Assembly (NCBI GenBank): GCA_041691155.1
Contig: JBEPVD010000003.1
Location: forward strand, 16,456-80,455
Length of the DNA: 64,000 nt
Direction: 5' to 3'
DNA from: Candidatus Dormiibacterota bacterium
GTDB taxonomy: Bacteria; Chloroflexota; Dormibacteria; Aeolococcales; Aeolococcaceae
Made by a program: the position numbers and the translations under genes. Below the pieces are notes generated by a model that was not told the origin of the DNA, did not search any database, and saw only the letters and a program-made list of their open reading frames with translations. Of this stretch, positions 51,379 through 59,826 are shown one piece after another (position 1 is the stretch's first letter; each line of letters starts with the position of its first letter).

Positions 51379-52216
51379 CGGGCGGCGCCTCCTCGGCGTC
51401 CGACTGGAAGGTGCTCATGCCGAGCTCTCCGAGATCGTCTTCGGAACCGTCGCCCCCGGAGGTGCGGCCACTGGTCACGACCTCATCGTCGTCCTCGTCG
51501 AGCGGGGTGGCGTCAATTCCGCGGGCCGCCAGGAGCGAATCCTTGGCATAGGGGCGGAACTCCTCGCGCCGGCCGCCCTTGGCCAGCGGGAAGGACGACT
51601 TCCGGGCATTCTCGGGTGCCTGGTGGGTCTCGCGAAGGATGATCTCGACCCGCTCGTCCTCGAGCCGGGCCACCGCGGCCGAATACCGGTTGCCGGTCTC
51701 CATGAGGGGGACGAGGCGGCGTGCGATCTTGGTGTCGATCTCACCGAGGGACACGCCGCGGGCGGTCTGCGCCCGGAGCGTCGAGCCTTCGCGATAGAGC
51801 TCCACGACGTCGCCGGGGGCGATCGCGACGGTCGCCGATTTCGACGGCGCACTCAGGACCGTGATGGCGCTCTTGCCGGGCTCCTCCGTGAAGAGCTCCA
51901 CATCGATCGCTGCCTGCGAGCCTGCGGCGGTGCTCTTGCTCTCGAGCATCACGGTGAGCTTGCGAACATTCTTCTGCGCGATCAGGTTGAGCGGATTCAG
52001 TTGGAGTGACGCCGAATACGACGCGCGTGCCTCCTCGCGCTGCCCCAATTCCGTCAGTGCTTTCCCGATGCGGTTGAGCGTGTCCTCGTCAGCACCGTGA
52101 CGCTCCACCAGCGCCTGGTTCACGGCGAGCGCCTCCGCCCATCGGCTGTCGAGCGCCAGTTGGATAGCCTCGTCCACAAACAGGTTGCGAGGCTTCACAC
52201 GTTCTTCAGACACCAA
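51329..52216 (-). CDS. Hypothetical protein with an N-terminal TPR-like helical region and a strongly acidic C-terminal tail
   Basis: 295 aa. C-terminal ...DEDDDEVVTS...EDDDARPEDEY. Confidence 0.45.
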   Translation of the reverse strand: MVSEERVKPRNLFVDEAIQLALDSRWAEALAVNQALVERHGADEDTLNRIGKALTELGQREEARASYSASLQLNPLNLIAQKNVRKLTVMLESKSTAAGSQAAIDVELFTEEPGKSAITVLSAPSKSATVAIAPGDVVELYREGSTLRAQTARGVSLGEIDTKIARRLVPLMETGNRYSAAVARLEDERVEIILRETHQAPENARKSSFPLAKGGRREEFRPYAKDSLLAARGIDATPLDEDDDEVVTSGRTSGGDGSEDDLGELGMSTFQSDAEEAPPGADVEEDDDARPEDEY

Positions 52217-52361
52217 GCACCACTCCGAAGTTAAGGGTCATTGACCGCTGCAAGCGCACTTGCTCCCGACCAGCGGCCGAGAGAGGCGATCGGGTTCGCT
52301 ATGATACCTGCTCAGTGAGGCGCGTCTGTTCTCTTCGCGACATCTCGATCCCGCGCCGGTC

Positions 52362-53201
52362 ATGACGCGGATCATTTCGGTCGCCAACCAGAAGGGTGGC
52401 GTCGGCAAGACGACGACTGCCGTCAACCTCGCCGCTGCGATCGCGGAAGCCGGTCCCAAGGTCCTCGCTGTGGACCTCGATCCGCAAGGTCACCTCACCA
52501 TCAACATGGGGTGCCGCCGGCCCGATGAGCTGGAACACACCATCTACGACCTGCTCACCGACCATCGGGTCAACGTCGCGGACGTGCTGCTCACCTCCGA
52601 AGGGATGGGACTGGATTTCATCCCCGCGAACATCGACCTGAGCGGTGCCGAACTGCAACTGGTCACGGAGTTCGGGCGTGAGTCCATTCTCAAGGAGAAG
52701 CTCGAGCCCATCGACGGCAAGTACGACTACGTCGTCATCGACTGCCCACCGTCGCTGGGACTGCTGTGCATCAACGCGTTGGTTGCGTCGACGGACGTGA
52801 TCATCCCGCTCCAGTGCGAGTATTTCGGCATGAAGGGCATGCAGCAGTTGCAGCGCACCATCGATCGCGTGCGCGCAAAGCTCAACAGCCATCTGCGCGT
52901 CGCGGGCATCCTGCCCACGCTCTACAAGTCGCGCACACTGCACAGTCAGGAAGTGCTCGACCTCGTGAAGGGCGCGTATCCCGACCTGGTCTTTCCGATC
53001 ACCGTCGACTCCTCGATCCGGTTCGCTGAGACACCGCTCGCGGGCCAGTCGATCCTCGAGTACGCCCCGAACTCGCCCGGGGCCCGCTCCTACCGTGCCC
53101 TCGCCAAGGCGGTCATCGCACAGGACAACGGCGACGACTCCATCGAGGTCTCCGGGAGCGCGGAACGTCCACGCGAGCGGGTGCGCGCGGCACGAGCGTG
53201 A
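52362..53201 (+). CDS. ParA/MinD-family P-loop ATPase
   Basis: Deviant Walker A KGGVGKTT and the ParA-type N-terminus MTRIISVANQKGGVGKTTTAVNLAAA. Confidence 0.85.
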   Translation: MTRIISVANQKGGVGKTTTAVNLAAAIAEAGPKVLAVDLDPQGHLTINMGCRRPDELEHTIYDLLTDHRVNVADVLLTSEGMGLDFIPANIDLSGAELQLVTEFGRESILKEKLEPIDGKYDYVVIDCPPSLGLLCINALVASTDVIIPLQCEYFGMKGMQQLQRTIDRVRAKLNSHLRVAGILPTLYKSRTLHSQEVLDLVKGAYPDLVFPITVDSSIRFAETPLAGQSILEYAPNSPGARSYRALAKAVIAQDNGDDSIEVSGSAERPRERVRAARA

Positions 53202-53494
53202 TGCGCGGTTTTCGCCGCGCCCAATTGCGCGGCAGCGACGAACTCTTCCGGTCCGCGGAACCTGAGCAACTCGACGCCCCGCTCTCGCCCGGCACCGACA
53301 ACGAGCCGGTGCATCCGGTCCCGACGGCACCGCCACCGCACATGCGGTCGGTCCGCCTCACCGACAACGAGTTGCGCATCCTCTCCGAGGCGGTCCAGCA
53401 CCTGAAGTTCCCCAGCAAGGCGCCGGCGCGGCCGTCGGTTGACGACTTCGAGACGCTCGAAGTCCTGCGCCAGAAGCTGCTCGACGCCCTGTGA
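53198..53494 (+). CDS. Small protein translationally coupled to ParA (candidate ParA partner)
   Basis: The GTGATG start overlaps the ParA stop. 98 aa, with a basic N-terminus, a Pro-rich middle and a helical C-terminus ...LTDNELRILSEAVQHLKF... Confidence 0.4.
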   Translation: MMRGFRRAQLRGSDELFRSAEPEQLDAPLSPGTDNEPVHPVPTAPPPHMRSVRLTDNELRILSEAVQHLKFPSKAPARPSVDDFETLEVLRQKLLDAL

Positions 53495-53529
53495 CCCGCA
53501 CAGGGATCGCGGGCTAGCCAACCCTGAGC

Positions 53530-53817
53530 ATGGTCATCGGCACGCTGACCGTCACCATCCAGGTGCCGGACAGCGAGTCGCTCAAGGACAAACGCCAGGT
53601 CGTGCGCTCGCTGACCGCGAAAGTCCGCAACAAGTTCAACGTCGCAGTGGCCGAGGTGGGCGATCAGAACCTCTGGCAATCGGCGGTCATCGGTGTCGCG
53701 TGTGTCAGCTCGGACGGCCAGCACGCCGACGAGATGTGCCAGAAGGTGTTGCGCTTCGTGGACGATCACGGTGAGGCGCTCGTGACCGGCTCGCATTTTG
53801 AGCTCATCCATCTCTGA
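53530..53817 (+). CDS. DUF503 (YlxP-like) family protein
   Basis: MVIGTLTVTIQVPDSESLKDKRQVVRSL... matches the DUF503 N-terminal signature. Confidence 0.6.
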   Translation: MVIGTLTVTIQVPDSESLKDKRQVVRSLTAKVRNKFNVAVAEVGDQNLWQSAVIGVACVSSDGQHADEMCQKVLRFVDDHGEALVTGSHFELIHL

Positions 53818-56239
53818 GGTCGCGCCGCTGACCCTGGAGTTGCTCGAGGCGTACCAGTCGACCTTACCGTTTGTCCTCGACGAGTTCCAGCGCGAGGCGA
53901 TCATCAAGCTCGAGCGGTCGCGCGGTGTGCTCGTGAGCGCCCCGACGTCGAGTGGCAAGACAGTGGTTGCCGATTACGTCATCTGGCGCCGTCTCGAGGC
54001 GCCGCCGGCGCTCCGCCGCCACGAGACCGTCGCAGCGGATGTCGTCTACACCACGCCGCTGAAGGCGCTGAGCAATCAGAAATACCAGGACCTCTGCGCA
54101 CGTTTCGGCGAGCACCGGATCGGTCTCGTCACCGGCGAGCACACGCTCAACGATGGAGCGCCCGTGCTCGTGATGACCACGGAGATCCTGCGCAACGTGC
54201 TCTACGACGAGCCCGCGCGCGTCGACAGCGTCGGCGATGTCGTGCTCGACGAGGTGCACTACATCGACGACTATCCGCGCGGGACGGTGTGGGAAGAGTT
54301 GATCATCGAAGCGCCGAAACACATTCGCCTGATTGGCCTTTCGGCGACGATCAGCAACGTCGGCGAGGTTGCCGCGTGGATGTCCAGCCTGCGCGGGACC
54401 ATCGAGACGGTCACGCGCACCGAGCGGCCCGTCGCGCTCGAGATGTGGCTGGCCATCGACAATCAGTTGCATCCGCTCTTTGACAAAGCCGGCCACGCGG
54501 CGCGTGGAACGCTCGAGCTTGCGCAGACGGATGCGGTGCAGCAACCGCGATTCCGCGAGGCACGCCGTGCACCGGACAACGACATGCTCACAGTGATCGA
54601 TGTCCTGCACCGCCGCGCGATGCTGCCGGCCATCTACTTCATCTTCTCGCGCCGCGGGTGCCGCGAGGCGCTCGCGCGCTGTGGCCTGCACGCTGTCGAC
54701 CTCACTACCGACGACGAGAAGGACCGCATCGACGTCGCGCTCACCGAGCGGATGCAGGCGTTGAGCGACGAGGACGAACGGCACTGCGTCCTGCTGGAAC
54801 TCGACCGTCGCTTGCTCCGCCGCGGACTTGCGATGCATCACGCGGGATTGCTCCCCTATGCGAAAGAGACCGTCGAGCACCTCTTCCAGCAAGGGCTCAT
54901 CAAAGTGGTCTTCGCCACCGAGACGCTGTCGCTCGGCCTCAACATGCCGGCGCGCTCCTGTGTGATCTCGACCTTCACCAAGTTCGACGGCGTGAGTTTC
55001 GCCTCACTGACCAGCGGTGAGCTGACGCAGCTCATGGGGCGTGCCGGGCGGCGTGGCATCGACACGGTCGGCCACGGGGTGATCCTCAAGGAGAGTGACG
55101 TCGAGTTGCGCGACATCTACGACGCGGCGATCTCCGGGGAATTCGCCGTCGACTCCAAGTTCTCCCCCACCTACACGATGGTCCTGAACTTGTTGCGCAC
55201 GCGGTCCGCGGAGGCAGCCGAGGTGCTGCTCGACAGCTCGTTCGGGCAGTACCAGGCGGTGGAGCGCACGGCGCGTTGGGATCATCGACGCGCCAATCTC
55301 GAAGCGGAGCTGGGGGATCTTCGTCAGCGACGCTTCCAGCATCCGAAGATCCCCTGCACGGAGCGCACGCTCAGCTCATTCCTCGCCACCGGCATCCAGC
55401 TCGCCGAGACGCAACTGGCGCTGCGTCGCGTCCGGCGCGGCCACTGGACCGACGCGCGCAGGGGCCGCTACGGCAAGGCTGGGTCCGATCCCGGCCAGCG
55501 ATTCGAGGCGCTCCGCCGCACCGCCCGCGCACAGCAGGAGAAGCTCAACGAGTCACCGTGCAACCGCTGTCCCTTCCTTGGTGAGCATCGCAACCATCAC
55601 TACCGGATCGCCGATATCGAGACGACCCTGGCCGGCGCCGAGGAAGAACTGGAACGCTCGCAACACCGTTTCCGGCGCGAGTTTCGCGCCCATCGCGCGG
55701 TCCTCCGGGCAGCGGGCTTCCTGGACGTCGACACGCCGACCGATCTCGGACGCCTTGCGGGGTCGTTGTACGGCGAGAGCTCGCTGCTGGTGGCCGACGC
55801 GGTGGCGTCCGGGCTCCTCACCGGCCTGAAACCAGAAGAGCTCGCGGCGACGCTGGTGAGTCTCGTCTCCGAGGATCGGGGCCGCGAACGGCCACAGCCT
55901 TCGCGCCGGCATTTTCCGACGCCCCGCATCGAGGAGCGCCACCGACGCCTGCGCACGGCGATGCGTCGCTTCATCGAGCTGGAGCGCGAGCACGGCCTGG
56001 AGACGATGCCCCCGCTGTCCCTGGAGCAGATCCGGCCGGCCTACGAGTGGGCGAGGGGTGTGCCGCTCGCCGATATCGAGCCGCCGCCCGGGGCCGACAC
56101 GGGCGACGTCGTCAAGGCAGTGAAGAGCCTCTACTCGCTGCTGCGTCAGATGGAGCAGGCGCTGCGTGGGCACGAGTTGCAGCCCCTGGTCGCGGTCACC
56201 CGTGAGCGCGTGGAGCGCGACCTCATCCGCCGTATCTGA
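53798..56239 (+). CDS. helY: Ski2-like DEVH-box helicase (HelY)
   Basis: Motif I APTSSGKT, motif II DEVHYIDD and a large C-terminal Ski2/DSHCT-like extension. 813 aa. The start codon is ambiguous (TTG 53798). Confidence 0.85.
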   Translation: MSSSISEVAPLTLELLEAYQSTLPFVLDEFQREAIIKLERSRGVLVSAPTSSGKTVVADYVIWRRLEAPPALRRHETVAADVVYTTPLKALSNQKYQDLCARFGEHRIGLVTGEHTLNDGAPVLVMTTEILRNVLYDEPARVDSVGDVVLDEVHYIDDYPRGTVWEELIIEAPKHIRLIGLSATISNVGEVAAWMSSLRGTIETVTRTERPVALEMWLAIDNQLHPLFDKAGHAARGTLELAQTDAVQQPRFREARRAPDNDMLTVIDVLHRRAMLPAIYFIFSRRGCREALARCGLHAVDLTTDDEKDRIDVALTERMQALSDEDERHCVLLELDRRLLRRGLAMHHAGLLPYAKETVEHLFQQGLIKVVFATETLSLGLNMPARSCVISTFTKFDGVSFASLTSGELTQLMGRAGRRGIDTVGHGVILKESDVELRDIYDAAISGEFAVDSKFSPTYTMVLNLLRTRSAEAAEVLLDSSFGQYQAVERTARWDHRRANLEAELGDLRQRRFQHPKIPCTERTLSSFLATGIQLAETQLALRRVRRGHWTDARRGRYGKAGSDPGQRFEALRRTARAQQEKLNESPCNRCPFLGEHRNHHYRIADIETTLAGAEEELERSQHRFRREFRAHRAVLRAAGFLDVDTPTDLGRLAGSLYGESSLLVADAVASGLLTGLKPEELAATLVSLVSEDRGRERPQPSRRHFPTPRIEERHRRLRTAMRRFIELEREHGLETMPPLSLEQIRPAYEWARGVPLADIEPPPGADTGDVVKAVKSLYSLLRQMEQALRGHELQPLVAVTRERVERDLIRRI

Positions 56240-56399
56240 GCACCGCCGCGCGTCACGATCGTCGCGATGCTTGACATCGTGCTGCGGGGTGCGTGCTAGG
56301 ATTCCGGCACTGTGTCGACACCAAGCGTCGTGCTCGCAACCATGATCATGCCCCGCGGAGGTTTCCGAACGTAGGGGCACGCGCGCCCACGTCAGGAGG

Positions 56400-56432
56400 C
56401 CTCCCGGACCACAAGCCCGGGAGGTTTTTTTT
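56400..56432 (+). terminator. Intrinsic terminator / expression platform immediately upstream of the thrC-like start codon
   Basis: Perfect 8-bp stem CCTCCCGG (56400-56407) with CCGGGAGG (56417-56424), a 9-nt loop and then T8 (56425-56432). The 3' stem arm GGGAGG also serves as the RBS for ATG 56433. Confidence 0.55.
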
Positions 56433-57719
56433 ATGTCCACGATCAGTCTGCTCGAACGCTACGGCCGCGCACCGGCGGGTGCGCACGTCAGCTGTCTCGT
56501 GTGCCGCGCCTGCGGTCACGAGACTCCTGTCGAAGCAACGAACATCTGCGAGGTGTGCTTCGGGCCACTCGAAGTTCGCTACGACTACGAAGCGGTGGCG
56601 CGGCGCATATCGCGTGAGCGCATCGAGGCCGGGCCGCCGAGCATCTGGCGATACCGTGACCTGCTACCGGTCGATGCTGACGCCACCGAGCCGATCACGC
56701 TCGGCGAGGGATTCACACCCTTGATTCACGCGCGCAACCTGGGCGCCGAACTTGGTCTGCGCAATCTCTACTTGAAGAACGACACGCAGAATCCGACCGG
56801 GTCATTCAAGGACCGCGTGGTCAGCGTCGCTGCGACGTGGGCGCGCGATCAGGGCATGACCACCATCGCGTGCGCCAGTACCGGCAATCTCGCCAACGCC
56901 GTCGCCGCGTATGCGGCGCATGCCGGCCTGCGCGCGGTCGTCGTGGTGCCGAGCGACCTCGAGCCCGCGAAGATGATCGGGACGTCGATCTTCCGGCCCA
57001 CCGTCATCGCGGTCGACGGCAGCTACGACGACGTGAACCGCCTGTGCAGCGAGCTTGCGGATTCGGTGGACTGGGGGTTCTGCAACCTCAACCTTCGCGC
57101 CTTCTACAGCGAGGGGAGCAAGACGCTCACCTTCGAGACCACCGAGCAACTCGGCTGGCGGCTTCCCGACGAGATCATCGTGCCGGTGGCGTCGGGCTGC
57201 CAGTTCGTGAAGCATCGCAAGGCGGCGGGCGAGCTCATCGACCTCGGGCTCGTGGAGGCGGGCTCGCGCCTGCCACGCCTGACCGGCGCACAGGCGGCCG
57301 GATGCTCGCCGGTGGCGACCGCGTTTGCAGGCGGGAAGGACACCGTCGTCCCGGTGCGCCCGAACACCATCGCCCGGTCGATCGCGATCGGCAACCCCTC
57401 GGACGGCGCCGAGGTGCTCAAGATCGCGCGAGAGACTGGCGGGGTCGTGGCCGGCGTCAGCGAGGAGGAGCTCGTCCAGGGCATCGAGTTGCTGGCTGCG
57501 AGCGAAGGCATCTTTGCCGAGACCGCCGGCGGGGTGACCGTGGCGGTGCTGCGCAACCTGGCGCGTGCGGGGCGGTGGCGCGGCGACGAGACAGTGGTCG
57601 CGTACATCACCGGCGCGGGGCTCAAGACCGCCGACTGCCTCGCCGGACGCATCACCACCCCAGACCCCGTCGGGGCGTCACTCAGAGCCTTTCGGGAGCG
57701 CTACCCAGAACTGATCTGA
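56433..57719 (+). CDS. Threonine-synthase-like PLP enzyme (fold type II) with an N-terminal C4 zinc ribbon
   Basis: N-terminal CLVCRACG...CEVCFG ribbon. PLP-lysine region ...NPTGSFKDR... Also ...GNLANAVAAYAA... 428 aa. Confidence 0.8.
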   Translation: MSTISLLERYGRAPAGAHVSCLVCRACGHETPVEATNICEVCFGPLEVRYDYEAVARRISRERIEAGPPSIWRYRDLLPVDADATEPITLGEGFTPLIHARNLGAELGLRNLYLKNDTQNPTGSFKDRVVSVAATWARDQGMTTIACASTGNLANAVAAYAAHAGLRAVVVVPSDLEPAKMIGTSIFRPTVIAVDGSYDDVNRLCSELADSVDWGFCNLNLRAFYSEGSKTLTFETTEQLGWRLPDEIIVPVASGCQFVKHRKAAGELIDLGLVEAGSRLPRLTGAQAAGCSPVATAFAGGKDTVVPVRPNTIARSIAIGNPSDGAEVLKIARETGGVVAGVSEEELVQGIELLAASEGIFAETAGGVTVAVLRNLARAGRWRGDETVVAYITGAGLKTADCLAGRITTPDPVGASLRAFRERYPELI

Positions 57720-57761
57720 CCGCCGTGCCAGCGGGTTTCCTGTCCCCATCGCCGTGGCATA

Positions 57762-58682
57762 GTGAAGGCGATGTATCACCAGATCGCACGCAACAAGCGC
57801 AAGAGCGTGATCGTGATCGCGATCTTCTTCCTCTTCTGGATGGCGATCGGTTATGGCATCGGCTTCATCGCAGGCGGGGTCGGCGGCGGCGTCTCCGGGG
57901 CGATCATCGCGGCGGTGCTGGCCCTCCTCGCCGTGCTCTGGTCTCTGACGCTCGGTCAGGCGACGGTGCTCTCCGTCTCCGGCGCACAGGAGGTCAGCCA
58001 GCAGCAGGCGCCGGTCCTGTACGACATCGTGTCGACGCTCGCGATCGGCGCAGGGTTGCCGATGCCGAAGGTCTACATCATTCAGGACCCGTCGCCGAAC
58101 GCCTTCGCCACCGGAACGAGCCCGAAGAAAGCGGCGATCACCGCTACCACCGGTCTGCTGGCGATCATGAATCGCGAGGAACTGGAAGGGGTCATCGCCC
58201 ACGAGATGAGCCACATTCGCAATTACGACGTGCGTCTCGTGCTCATCGTCGCGACTGTGGTGGCCCTGGCGGGCCTGCTCGCGAGCCTGCTGTGGCGATC
58301 GCTCTTCTTCACGCGTGGCGGCAACAACCGCGACCAGGGTCAGCTGATGATCCTGCTCATCGGCGCGGCGGTCCTGCTGTCGGTGATCGCGGTGATCGTC
58401 GGGCCGCTGATGCAGTTCTCCCTGTCGCGTTCACGTGAGTCCCTCGCCGACGCGAGCAGCGTCGAGCTCACCCGCAACCCGGCGGGTTTGTTGCACGCGC
58501 TGCAGAAGCTGCAGCAGAACGACAAGCCGTTCGTGAAGATGACCCACACCACAGCCGCGATGTGCATCGACGATCCCCTGCAGCATCACGGCGGGTGGAC
58601 GCATCATCTGTTCGATACGCATCCCCCGATCGAGCAGCGCATCGCGACGCTCCAGGCGATGCTCGCGGTCAAGGAGACGTAG
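57762..58682 (+). CDS. htpX: Zinc metalloprotease HtpX (M48 family)
   Basis: HEMSH zinc motif within VIAHEMSHIRNYD, and two N-terminal and two central TM segments. Confidence 0.85.
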   Translation: MKAMYHQIARNKRKSVIVIAIFFLFWMAIGYGIGFIAGGVGGGVSGAIIAAVLALLAVLWSLTLGQATVLSVSGAQEVSQQQAPVLYDIVSTLAIGAGLPMPKVYIIQDPSPNAFATGTSPKKAAITATTGLLAIMNREELEGVIAHEMSHIRNYDVRLVLIVATVVALAGLLASLLWRSLFFTRGGNNRDQGQLMILLIGAAVLLSVIAVIVGPLMQFSLSRSRESLADASSVELTRNPAGLLHALQKLQQNDKPFVKMTHTTAAMCIDDPLQHHGGWTHHLFDTHPPIEQRIATLQAMLAVKET

Positions 58683-58714
58683 GTAGCGGGTCCCCCCGTC
58701 GGCTCACGGCGAGA

Positions 58715-59824
58715 CTACGCCGGAGGTCCCGGACTCAACACCGCCACCGCTGTATGGCTCGCTCCCGCGGAGTCACGCCAGGCCACCGCGACACTGTCGC
58801 CCGGCCGGCGGTCCTGCATGACGGTGTTGAAATTCGCAGACGACGTCACGGGGAGCGAGGCGACCGCGGTGATCACGTCACCGGCGGAGATGCCGGCGGT
58901 GAACGCCGCGTCTCCGGGAGCAACGCTGATGACCGTGCAACCGACGCCGGTGGACTTGGGGTCGACCGTGACGCCGAGCACGCCGCGATGTCCTGATTCG
59001 AAATACGGAGACGGCGTTCCTGCCTCGATTTGCATGGCGATGCTCAGGGCACGAGTGATCGGGATCGCGCAGCCCCACGTGGCTTTCGCTCCCGTGGCGG
59101 TGTTGAGCGATCCCGCGGTGTCCATGCCGATGACCTCGCCGTTCGCATTGAGCAGCGGGCCGCCTGAGTCACCGGCCTGAATCGGTGCATTGAAACAGAC
59201 GACACCATCGAGCGTCTCGACAATCGTGGCCGCTTCGTCCTGCACCATGATCGTCTCGTCGAGCGAGGTCACAGCACCGTGCGCGGCAACCGGTGCACCA
59301 TTGCGTCCCAATGCGTTCCCGCGACCGGTCACGGGGTCGCCGACTGCCACCAGCCCCGAGGTGTCGAACGGCGTGATGGGGAGTCCACTGGCGCCGACCA
59401 GCTGGATCACGGCGACATCCTGGGTTGGATCAACACCGACGACGACCGCCCGGTAGATCGGTCCGCGTCCCGCGAGTTGCGCGGTCAATGACGTCGTATT
59501 CGCGACCACATGATTGTTGGTCACCACCAGGCCGCCCGGTGTCATCACCATGCCCGTGCCGGCGATGCTGCCCTGCGGGATATCGCCGTTGATGTTGACG
59601 ATCGCTTGATCCGTAAAGGCTTTGGGTAGTGGCGTCGGAGCGGTCTGATGACCGTTCAGGAGCAGCCAGACCACCGCAAGCACCGGAATCGCGGCGGCCA
59701 CCGATGCCAGGGCGATCGCGAGCGAACGGTGCCGGTTGGGCGCGTCCACAGGCGGCGGAGGCGGTGGCGGTGGCGGCGGCGAGATCCACGGAAACTGCGG
59801 CGGCGCGATGGTCGGCGTGGTCAC
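58715..59824 (-). CDS. Membrane-anchored HtrA-like serine protease (trypsin domain plus PDZ) with a poly-proline cytoplasmic tail
   Basis: The start is taken at GTG 59824, 2 nt after the upstream stop. A Pro10 run and a TM segment are followed by catalytic motifs TNNHVV and GDSGGPL, with a C-terminal PDZ-like region. Confidence 0.75.
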   Translation of the reverse strand: MTTPTIAPPQFPWISPPPPPPPPPPVDAPNRHRSLAIALASVAAAIPVLAVVWLLLNGHQTAPTPLPKAFTDQAIVNINGDIPQGSIAGTGMVMTPGGLVVTNNHVVANTTSLTAQLAGRGPIYRAVVVGVDPTQDVAVIQLVGASGLPITPFDTSGLVAVGDPVTGRGNALGRNGAPVAAHGAVTSLDETIMVQDEAATIVETLDGVVCFNAPIQAGDSGGPLLNANGEVIGMDTAGSLNTATGAKATWGCAIPITRALSIAMQIEAGTPSPYFESGHRGVLGVTVDPKSTGVGCTVISVAPGDAAFTAGISAGDVITAVASLPVTSSANFNTVMQDRRPGDSVAVAWRDSAGASHTAVAVLSPGPPA

Positions 59825-59826
59825 GG

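Noticed and set aside
49282-51642. 786-aa plus-strand ORF antisense to the GH15 gene
   Set aside because: Shadow ORF. The minus-strand GH15 translation has canonical family motifs.
56341-56373. Mini-ORF ATGATCATGCCCCGCGGAGGTTTCCGAACGTAG (MIMPRGGFRT) in the thrC-like leader as a leader peptide
   Set aside because: It contains no Thr, Ile or other regulatory codon runs, and its ATGs lie within a perfect palindrome. It is more likely RNA structure than an attenuation leader peptide.
59730-59800. (GGC/GGT)n-rich repeat cggcggaggcggtggcggtggcggcggcgag
   Set aside because: It lies within coding sequence. It encodes the poly-proline tract of the HtrA-like protein on the minus strand and is not a noncoding repeat or CRISPR.
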